From: Elusimicrobiota bacterium
GTDB taxonomy: Bacteria; Elusimicrobiota; Elusimicrobia; Elusimicrobiales; UBA9959
Reading direction: 5' to 3'
Length of the DNA stretch: 64,000 bases
Assembly: GCA_009773155.1 (NCBI GenBank)
Contig: WOVA01000016.1
Coordinates: 25,507-89,506, forward strand
Positions 38,923 to 46,502 of this stretch are shown here, in pieces. The position numbers and the translations under genes were made by a program. Each line of letters starts with the position of its first letter. Within the stretch, counting starts at the first letter, position 1. Under the pieces are notes generated by a model. The model saw only the letters and a list, made by a program, of their open reading frames with translations. It had not been told where the DNA came from and ran no database searches.

Positions 38923-40155
38923 ATGGCTAAACCCGAAATCATCGCCGGCCTCGACATGGGCAGCGGCAAAGTTACCTGCGTCCTGGCCTCCCACGACCCC
39001 GCCGCCGGCAAGGTGCGGATAATCTCCGGCGCCAGCGTGCCCTGCAAGGGCCTCAAGGGCGGCGTAGTGGTCAGCATCCCCGAGACCACCAAGGCCGTCG
39101 CCCTGGCCATGGAAGAGGCGGAGGAGAAGGGCGGCGAGGTCATCCGCGAGGTCCTGATGGGCGTGCGCGGCACCCATATCACCACCTACAACAACCGCGG
39201 CGCCTACAATATCGCCCGTACCGACCGGGAGATCACCGCCGACGACGTGGCCAGCGTGATAGAGAGCGCCAAGGCCATCCCGATGTCCAGCGACAGGGAG
39301 ATCCTGCACGTGGTGCCGCAGGGTTTCTCTCTCGACAGGCAGAAGGGCGTGCCGAATCCCGTCGGCATGGAAGGGTCCCTGCTCGAGGTGGGCGTGCACA
39401 TCGTAACCGCTTCCAGCTCGCACATCAATAATCTCATGCGCGCGGTCTCGCAGGCCGGCTTCCGCGTGGTGGACACCGTCTACAGCCTGCTCGCGCTGGG
39501 CGAGGTGGTGGTCTCCCCCGAGGAGAAGGACCTGGGCTGCCTGCTCATCGACGTCGGGGACCAGTCGGTCTCCGTCGGCAGTTACTACGAGGGCAGCCTG
39601 CGCTTCAGCCGCGAGCTGGGCATAGGCGGCTACCACGTGACCCGCGACATCGCCTACGCGCTGCACACCTCCATGAGCGCCGCGCAGGCCATAAAGGAGA
39701 AGCACGGCGCCGTGCTCTCCTCGCTGGTGGACGACGAGGGGGCCATCAGCGTGGTCGGCCTCGACGGCCGCAACAAGCGCGAGATAAAGCCGCGCGAGCT
39801 GCTGGACTACATCCAGCCGCGCGTGGAGGAGATCTACGGCAAGGTGAACTCCGCGCTGCAGAACTGCAACTACGCCTTCCCCGGCGGCGCCGTGCTGACC
39901 GGCGGCGGCTCGCTGCTGCGCGGCATGCCCGAGGCGGCCGAGCAGATGCTGGAGCTGCAGCAGTCGCGCCTGGGCCTGCCCCGTCCCGATTTCATCGACG
40001 GCCCGCCGGAGTACATGACCCACGAGTACACCACCGCGGCCGCGCTGGTCTGCTACCCGTTCATCAGGTCCTGGCCGGGCGACGAGGGCCGCGCGGGCGC
40101 CACCTCGGGCGGCGTCTTCAGGCGGGTCAAGCGCCTGCTGCAGAACATGATCTGA
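38923..40155 (+). CDS. ftsA: Cell division protein FtsA
   Basis: Actin-fold phosphate motifs (IIAGLDMGSGKV, LLIDVGDQSVSV, AVLTGGGSLL). Confidence 0.93.
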   Translation: MAKPEIIAGLDMGSGKVTCVLASHDPAAGKVRIISGASVPCKGLKGGVVVSIPETTKAVALAMEEAEEKGGEVIREVLMGVRGTHITTYNNRGAYNIARTDREITADDVASVIESAKAIPMSSDREILHVVPQGFSLDRQKGVPNPVGMEGSLLEVGVHIVTASSSHINNLMRAVSQAGFRVVDTVYSLLALGEVVVSPEEKDLGCLLIDVGDQSVSVGSYYEGSLRFSRELGIGGYHVTRDIAYALHTSMSAAQAIKEKHGAVLSSLVDDEGAISVVGLDGRNKREIKPRELLDYIQPRVEEIYGKVNSALQNCNYAFPGGAVLTGGGSLLRGMPEAAEQMLELQQSRLGLPRPDFIDGPPEYMTHEYTTAAALVCYPFIRSWPGDEGRAGATSGGVFRRVKRLLQNMI

Positions 40156-41303
40156 TGCCCAGGATTAACTGCATAGAGGAAAGCCGGGAGCACGAAGCCG
40201 TCATAAAAGTGATAGGCGTCGGCGGCGGCGGCGGCAACGCCGTCAACCGCATGGTGCAGTCCGGCATACGCGGCGTGGATTTCATCGCCCTCAACACCGA
40301 CGCCCAGGCGCTGCGCATGAACTCCGCCCCGGTGCGCATACAGATAGGGGAGAAAGTGACCGAGGGCCTCGGCGTGGGCGGCGACCCGGCCGTAGGCCAG
40401 CAGGCCGCCATGGAGTCCGAGGAGCAGATAAAGGACATCGTCCGCGACGCGGACCTCATTTTCGTCACCGCCGGCATGGGCGGCGGCACCGGCACCGGCG
40501 GCGCGCCCGTGGTGGCGCGCGTGGCCAAGGAGACCACCAACGCTCTCGTCGTGGGCGTGGTCACCAGGCCCTTCGGTTTCGAGGGCAAGAAGCGCCAGGA
40601 CCAGGCCGAGGCCGGCATCCGCGAACTGCGCGCCCACGTGGACTCGCTGCTGATCATCCCCAACGAACGGCTGATGGAGATCGTGAGCCGCGACACCACC
40701 ACCCCCGAGGCCTACCGCCTGGCCGACGACGTGCTGCGCCAGGCCATACAGGGCATCTCCGACGTGGTGACCCGAGCCGGGACGATAAACGTGGATTTCG
40801 CCGACGTGCGCAAGATCATGACCAAGTCCGGCGAGGCGCTGATAGGCATAGGCAAGGCCGAAGGGCCGGACCGCCACATGGAGGCCGCCAGCCTGGCCAT
40901 ACACTCGCCCCTGCTCGAGAACGTCGTGATGGAGGGCGCGCGCGGCATACTGGTCTACTTCACCTCTTCCAAGGACCTGCGCCTCTTCGAGATAAACGAG
41001 GCGATGGATTACATCAAGAAGTCGGCCAGCTCGGACGCGATGATAAAGTACGGCCAGGCCTACGACGATACGCTGGGCGACAGCATCGTCATCACGGTGG
41101 TCGCGACCGGCTTCCCGTCCAACCACAGGCGCGTGCGCGAGCTGGGGCCGGGCCGACACCAGGGCGCCCGCCGGCCGCCGGCGCCCGGCGTGGAGTACGA
41201 GGCGGACCCTTCGCTGCTGCAGCCGCCGCCTTTCCTCTCCGAAGACGAGGATATAGACAAGCCCGCTTTCATCCGCGCCGGCGGCAAGAGGATCCTCAAG
41301 TAA
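40155..41303 (+). CDS. ftsZ: Cell division GTPase FtsZ
   Basis: GVGGGGGNAVNRM and the tubulin signature GMGGGTGTGGAPVVA. The start overlaps the ftsA stop (TGATG). Confidence 0.97.
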   Translation: MPRINCIEESREHEAVIKVIGVGGGGGNAVNRMVQSGIRGVDFIALNTDAQALRMNSAPVRIQIGEKVTEGLGVGGDPAVGQQAAMESEEQIKDIVRDADLIFVTAGMGGGTGTGGAPVVARVAKETTNALVVGVVTRPFGFEGKKRQDQAEAGIRELRAHVDSLLIIPNERLMEIVSRDTTTPEAYRLADDVLRQAIQGISDVVTRAGTINVDFADVRKIMTKSGEALIGIGKAEGPDRHMEAASLAIHSPLLENVVMEGARGILVYFTSSKDLRLFEINEAMDYIKKSASSDAMIKYGQAYDDTLGDSIVITVVATGFPSNHRRVRELGPGRHQGARRPPAPGVEYEADPSLLQPPPFLSEDEDIDKPAFIRAGGKRILK

Positions 41304-41313
41304 GGAGCCAAGT

Positions 41314-42402
41314 ATGGCCATAGACCTGAAACTGCTGCTGAAAGTGATGGTCCAGAACAAGGCGTCGGACACGCATATCCGCGCCGACTCCCCGGTCTTC
41401 CTGCGCATCAACGGCGTGATGACGCCCGTGAACGGCTCCAGTATGACGGCCGCGGAAGTGGAGGCTATGATAAAGCCCCTCTTCAACGACCGCCATAAGC
41501 GTATCTTCGAGCAGATGAACGAGGTGGACTTCTCCCAGGACGGCGGCGACCTCGGCCGCTTCCGCTTCAACGCTTTCATGCAGAAGGGCAGGATGTGCGT
41601 GGCCATACGCCATATCCCGCGCGCCATCCCCACGTTCGAGGAACTCAAGATGCCCGTGGAGTCCATCAGGAAGCTGCTGCAGAACGAGCGCGGCCTCATT
41701 CTGGTGACCGGCATCACCGGCTCGGGCAAGACCTCCACGCTGGCCGCGATGATAGAGCATCTCAACAGCGAGTGGGAAGGGCATATCCTGACCATCGAGG
41801 ACCCGGTGGAGTTCGTCTTCACCGAGAAGAAGTGCATCATCAGCCAGCGCGAGATAGGCGCCGACACCACCGATTTCGTGCAGGCGCTGCGGGCCGCGAT
41901 GCGCCAGGACCCGGACATCATCCTGGTCGGCGAAATGCGCGACCTGGAGACGACGCAGGCGGCCATCACCGCGGCCGAGACCGGCCACCTGGTCCTCGCC
42001 ACGCTGCATACGGTCAACGCCGTGCAGACCCTCTCACGCATAATCGATCTGTTCCCGCCGCATCAGCAGGCCCAGGTGCGCATGCAGCTTTCCGAGACGC
42101 TCAAGGGTATAGTCTCGCAGCGTCTGATCTCCAGCACCAAAGGCGGCCGCATCCCGGCCGCCGAGGTCATGGTGGTCACGCCGCACGTCAAGAAGATGAT
42201 CGCCGACAACAACCTGGACCAGATCAACCAGGCCATAGCCAAGGGCGGCTTCTACGGCATGCAGAGCTTCAACCAGTCGCTGGTCAGGATGCACAAGGAG
42301 GGGCTGGCCAGGCTGGAGGATATAGTCCAGGCCGCCACCAATCCCGACGACGTGCTGCTGGCCGTCAAGGGCATCGAGCAGGATATAGACGGCAAGAAGT
42401 AA
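41314..42402 (+). CDS. pilT: Type IV pilus retraction ATPase PilT
   Basis: ASDTHI motif, Walker A GITGSGKTST, Asp/His boxes, and PilT-type AIRAAMRQDPDIILVGEMRD. Confidence 0.93.
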   Translation: MAIDLKLLLKVMVQNKASDTHIRADSPVFLRINGVMTPVNGSSMTAAEVEAMIKPLFNDRHKRIFEQMNEVDFSQDGGDLGRFRFNAFMQKGRMCVAIRHIPRAIPTFEELKMPVESIRKLLQNERGLILVTGITGSGKTSTLAAMIEHLNSEWEGHILTIEDPVEFVFTEKKCIISQREIGADTTDFVQALRAAMRQDPDIILVGEMRDLETTQAAITAAETGHLVLATLHTVNAVQTLSRIIDLFPPHQQAQVRMQLSETLKGIVSQRLISSTKGGRIPAAEVMVVTPHVKKMIADNNLDQINQAIAKGGFYGMQSFNQSLVRMHKEGLARLEDIVQAATNPDDVLLAVKGIEQDIDGKK

Positions 42403-42423
42403 AACGGTACAAAGGGGTGTGAC

Positions 42424-43143
42424 ATGTTCGCTGAAGGCTATATCGGCATCGCGGGTATCATAGGCGTGGGCAAGTCCACGCTGACCATGGAGCTGGCCAA
42501 AGCGCTCAACTTCGAGCCGGTGCTGGAGGAGGTGGGCGGCAATCCCTACCTGGAGCGCTTCTACGGCGACATGAAGCAGTACGGCACGATCATGCAGATC
42601 TGGCTGCTCAATCACCGCTTCCGCCAGCACCGCGAGTTCGTCAGCCGCATCAGCCTGGGCAAGATCCGCGGCGTGGTGCAGGACCGCACGATCTGGGAGG
42701 ACACCATCTTCGCGCGCATGCTCAACCGCCACCCGGACAAGATCATCTCGGACATGGATTACAACACCTACCTCGACCTCTTCGACAATATGGTCCTGCG
42801 CGAGATGGTGTTCCCGCAGCTGATGATCTTCCTCGACTGCCGCGTCGAGACCGCGCTCAAGCGCATCAGCGAGCGCGGCCGCAACATGGAGAAGGCCATC
42901 GACCCGGCCTACCTCCGGAGCCTGCAGGAGAACTACTACGAGTTCATTTCGGAGATGGAGGACGCCGGCGTCCGCATCCTCCGCCTCAACTGGGAGAATT
43001 TCCACTCGATAAGCGAGGTGGCCCGCCTGGTCCACGAGTACTCGCTCAAGCCGTCCTCGTTCACCAAGTGGGTGCGCCCGCTGCGCAAGCTGGGCATCGA
43101 TAACGAGGCCAACATCCCCAAGAAGGTGCCGGTGGCGCAGTGA
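42424..43143 (+). CDS. Deoxynucleoside kinase
   Basis: P-loop IGIAGIIGVGKSTL, plus ERF and DR(T) motifs of the dNK family. Confidence 0.83.
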   Translation: MFAEGYIGIAGIIGVGKSTLTMELAKALNFEPVLEEVGGNPYLERFYGDMKQYGTIMQIWLLNHRFRQHREFVSRISLGKIRGVVQDRTIWEDTIFARMLNRHPDKIISDMDYNTYLDLFDNMVLREMVFPQLMIFLDCRVETALKRISERGRNMEKAIDPAYLRSLQENYYEFISEMEDAGVRILRLNWENFHSISEVARLVHEYSLKPSSFTKWVRPLRKLGIDNEANIPKKVPVAQ

Positions 43144-43832
43144 GCCGGCCCAGGGGAATAATCATAGCGATAGACGGTCCCGCCGGGGTGGGGAAATCCA
43201 CCATCGGCAGGCTGGCCGCGTCCCGGCTGGGCTATGAGTTCTTCAGCACCGGCCGCATGTACCGCGCCCTGGCGCTCAAGGCGCTGGAGGCCGGGCTGGC
43301 CGTCGGCGACGGTCCCGCCCTGGCCGCGCTGGCCGGCCGCCTGCGCTGGGAGTTCCGCGACTCGGCGGGGCCGGAGCACGACATGTACGTCGACGGCGCG
43401 CTGATGGGCGACCGGCTTTCCGAAGAAAAAGTGAGCCGGGCCTCCAGCGCGGTGGCCAGGCTCAGGGAAGTGCGCGACTTCATGCGCGACCGCCAGCGCG
43501 AGGCCGGCCGGGACGGCGGCGTCATCATGGAAGGCCGCGATATAGGCACCAACGTCTTCCCCGACGCCGAGCTCAAGATCTACCTGGACGCCTCGCCCGA
43601 GGCGCGCGCCGCGCGCCGCGTCGGCCAGCTGCGCGAGCTGGGCCAGCCCGCCGACTACGGCGAGATACTCGATTTCATAAAGAAGCGCGACGCGCAGGAT
43701 TCCGGCCGCGAGCACAGCCCGCTGAAAAAGGCGGACGACGGCCATTACCTCGACTCCACCACGCTCACCCGGGACCAGGTGGTCGAAGAGATAGTTCGCC
43801 TCCACGCGGCCGCGGCGGGCGGCGGCCGCTGA
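43140..43832 (+). CDS. cmk: Cytidylate kinase
   Basis: IIAIDGPAGVGKST...STGRMYRA...MEGRDIGT. Confidence 0.93.
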   Translation: MSRPRGIIIAIDGPAGVGKSTIGRLAASRLGYEFFSTGRMYRALALKALEAGLAVGDGPALAALAGRLRWEFRDSAGPEHDMYVDGALMGDRLSEEKVSRASSAVARLREVRDFMRDRQREAGRDGGVIMEGRDIGTNVFPDAELKIYLDASPEARAARRVGQLRELGQPADYGEILDFIKKRDAQDSGREHSPLKKADDGHYLDSTTLTRDQVVEEIVRLHAAAAGGGR

Positions 43833-44425
43833 TGTTCGCCGGTCCCTTCCTGGCCTTCGTCCGCCTGCTGATGCGGCTGCTCTACCGGATCGAGGTGAGC
43901 GGCCTGGAGAAGGTCCCCGCCTCCGGCGCCGTAATACTGGCCTGCAACCACCTCTCCAATATCGACCCGCCCGCGCTGATGTCCTTCGTCAAGAAGGCCC
44001 GCCCCGACGCCTGCATAATAGCCAAGAAGGAGCTGTTCGCCGTGCCGGTGTTGGGTTCCGTCATACGGGCCCTGGGCGCCTTCCCGGTGGACAGGCGGCG
44101 CGAGGGCGGCGACCTGGGGGCGATGCGCGCGGCGCTGGGCGTGCTCAGGGCCGGCCGCCTGCTGGCCATCTTTCCCGAGGGGACCCGGGCGAAGGGAAAG
44201 AAACTGGAGCCCAAGGCCGGGGTGGCCATGCTGGCCCACCGCGCCGGCGCCCCCGTCCTGACCGCCCGGGTGTTCAACAGCGAAAACGCCGCCAAATTAG
44301 GTAAAATAAAGGTTAAGTTCGGCAGCCTGATGACTTTCGAGCCGTCCGGAGAGGACCCCAAAAAAGACTACCTGGAGTTTTCCAGGACCGTCATGGACGG
44401 CATATTCGCGATAACGGAGGACTGA
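43832..44425 (+). CDS. plsC: 1-acyl-sn-glycerol-3-phosphate acyltransferase
   Basis: NHLSNIDP (H..D box) and the FPEGTR box. Confidence 0.85.
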   Translation: MFAGPFLAFVRLLMRLLYRIEVSGLEKVPASGAVILACNHLSNIDPPALMSFVKKARPDACIIAKKELFAVPVLGSVIRALGAFPVDRRREGGDLGAMRAALGVLRAGRLLAIFPEGTRAKGKKLEPKAGVAMLAHRAGAPVLTARVFNSENAAKLGKIKVKFGSLMTFEPSGEDPKKDYLEFSRTVMDGIFAITED

Positions 44426-44432
44426 GATCGCC

Positions 44433-45620
44433 ATGGAAGAGAACAAAGATACGCAGCATGAACCGGAGACCGCCGCGCCGGCCGCGGAGGAGGAAATGTC
44501 CATGGCGGACCTGCTCAAGGAGGGGGAAGCCGTCTCTTCCAAACTCTACGGGCGGGATATAGTCGAGGTTACGGTGGTGCAGGTCACCGCCGACGCCGTG
44601 CTCGTCAATATAGGAGAAAAGAAAGAGGGCATAATACCGCTCTCCGATTTCCAGGACAAGAAGCCGCCGGAGCCCGGCGCCGTCATACAGGCCGTCCTGG
44701 AGAAGAAGGGCGGCGAGGGCCGGCCCACGATACTTTCCCATAAGCGCGCCCACGAGCGCGTGGCCTGGCAGGAATGCGCCAGGGCCTTTACGGCCAAGGC
44801 CCGGCTGAAAGGCCGCGTCGCCGCCAAGGTGAAGGGCGGCTACGTGGTGGACGTGGACGGCCTGCGCGGTTTCATGCCGCTCTCGCTCTCCGAGATAGGC
44901 GGCGCGCACAGGCATTACCTGCCCGACAACGCCAAGGTGAAGTTCTACATAACCGATTTCTCCGCCGCTGAGCACAAGCTCATCGTCTCGCGCCGGCAGG
45001 TGCTGGAGGAGGACGAGAACGCGCGCAGGGGCGAGGTGCTCGCCGAGATCAAGACCGGCGAGATAATACGCGCCGTGGTCTCCAAGGTCGTCGCCGACGG
45101 CGCCTTCCTGCGCTTCCAGGGCATAGAGGGCTTCGTGCGCCTCTCCGACGTCTCCTGGCGCAAGCCGGAGGAGGACCTTAAGACGCTCAAGCGCGGCCAG
45201 CGCGTCAAGGCCAAGATCCTCTCCATAGACCGCGAGACCGAGAAAATCTCCTTCGGCCTCAAGCACCTGATGCCCAACCCCGTCGACACGCTCAAGCAGC
45301 GCTTCGCCTACAGGTCCATAGTCACCGCCAAGGTCGTCTCCGTTTCGCCCGACGGGGCCAAGGTTACCGTCGGCGAGCGCGTCGAAGGCTTCCTCCCCGC
45401 CGCCGAGTACGGCCACGAGGCCGTCCCGGCCGAAGGCGGGCAGGTGAAGGCGGCCGTCATAGGCGTAAACGCCCAGGATTACACGCTGACGCTTTCCGTC
45501 AGGAGCGTGGAGGCCATAGAGGACCGCAAGCGCATGGCGCAGTACCTCAAGGGCGCGCCTACGCTGACCCTCGGGCAGATCCTGCTCGAGAGCTCGGAGG
45601 ACGAGGGTGAGAACGGCTGA
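44433..45620 (+). CDS. rpsA: 30S ribosomal protein S1 (four-S1-domain form)
   Basis: Repeated S1 OB-fold modules (G.V..V...GA.V...G..GF.P.S). The cmk-rpsA neighbourhood is conserved in many bacteria. Confidence 0.9.
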   Translation: MEENKDTQHEPETAAPAAEEEMSMADLLKEGEAVSSKLYGRDIVEVTVVQVTADAVLVNIGEKKEGIIPLSDFQDKKPPEPGAVIQAVLEKKGGEGRPTILSHKRAHERVAWQECARAFTAKARLKGRVAAKVKGGYVVDVDGLRGFMPLSLSEIGGAHRHYLPDNAKVKFYITDFSAAEHKLIVSRRQVLEEDENARRGEVLAEIKTGEIIRAVVSKVVADGAFLRFQGIEGFVRLSDVSWRKPEEDLKTLKRGQRVKAKILSIDRETEKISFGLKHLMPNPVDTLKQRFAYRSIVTAKVVSVSPDGAKVTVGERVEGFLPAAEYGHEAVPAEGGQVKAAVIGVNAQDYTLTLSVRSVEAIEDRKRMAQYLKGAPTLTLGQILLESSEDEGENG

Positions 45621-46485
45621 GGCCGCGCCCTCCGCGTCCCGGGCCCTCGTTTCCCGCAACCGGGTAACTTCGGCCCTCGCCGCGGCGCTCGCCGCGGCGG
45701 GTATCTACGCCGCATTCTCCGGCCACACCGCCGACGACGAAGCGTTTGAAAAACGTCTGGCCCGCGCCGAGGCCAGGATAGCCAGCGACCCTTCCGACAT
45801 AAAGGCCCTCTACGAATCCGGCCAGCTGAAGTTCCTCAAGGGGCCTTCCGCCTACGCGGCCGCCGCCGCGGACTTCGAGCGGGCGCGCGAAGGCGGTCTG
45901 TCCGAACCGAAACTTTTCTATTACCTGGGCGCCGTCTACCAGGGCCTGGGCCTCTACGATTTCGCCGGGGACGAGTACCGGCGCTACCTCAATAACAGCC
46001 CCGGCGACCTTGATACGCGCCTGTCGCTGGCCAAGATCGCCTATCTGAAGGGCGATTACGCCGCCGCGGAGTCCATGTACGCGGAGCTGGCCTCAGCCCG
46101 GCCCCGGGACCCTGTGGTGCTGGAGAACCAGGCCCTGGCCGCCTGGAAGAACGAGAGCGCCTGGGCCGAACCCCTGGCCGCGCTGCGCGCCCTGGGGGAG
46201 ACCCCCGCGGGCCGCGCCGATTTCGTAGAGGGCATCATAATCCACGGCTCGGGCGACCACGCCCGCGCCGCGGAGTTGCTGGCCCGCGCCGCCGCCTCGC
46301 CGGACGCCGGCGCCGACCTGCCCGATATCTGGCGCCGGCTTGCCGATTCCCGCCGCCGCCTCAAGGACGACGAGGGGACCATGGCCGCGCTGCGCTCGCT
46401 GCTGCTCCTCGAGCCCGGCGACCGCGAGGCTTCGGCGCTGCTCTCGCGCCTGGAGAAAGCCGCGGCCAGGAAGAAGAAAAAGTAA
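45607..46485 (+). CDS. TPR-repeat membrane-anchored protein
   Basis: N-terminal TM (ALAAALAAAGIYAAF) followed by TPR-like A..Y..G.Y..A repeats. Confidence 0.7.
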   Translation: MRTAEAAPSASRALVSRNRVTSALAAALAAAGIYAAFSGHTADDEAFEKRLARAEARIASDPSDIKALYESGQLKFLKGPSAYAAAAADFERAREGGLSEPKLFYYLGAVYQGLGLYDFAGDEYRRYLNNSPGDLDTRLSLAKIAYLKGDYAAAESMYAELASARPRDPVVLENQALAAWKNESAWAEPLAALRALGETPAGRADFVEGIIIHGSGDHARAAELLARAAASPDAGADLPDIWRRLADSRRRLKDDEGTMAALRSLLLLEPGDREASALLSRLEKAAARKKKK

Positions 46486-46502
46486 CCGTTCCCGGGGGAC
46501 CC

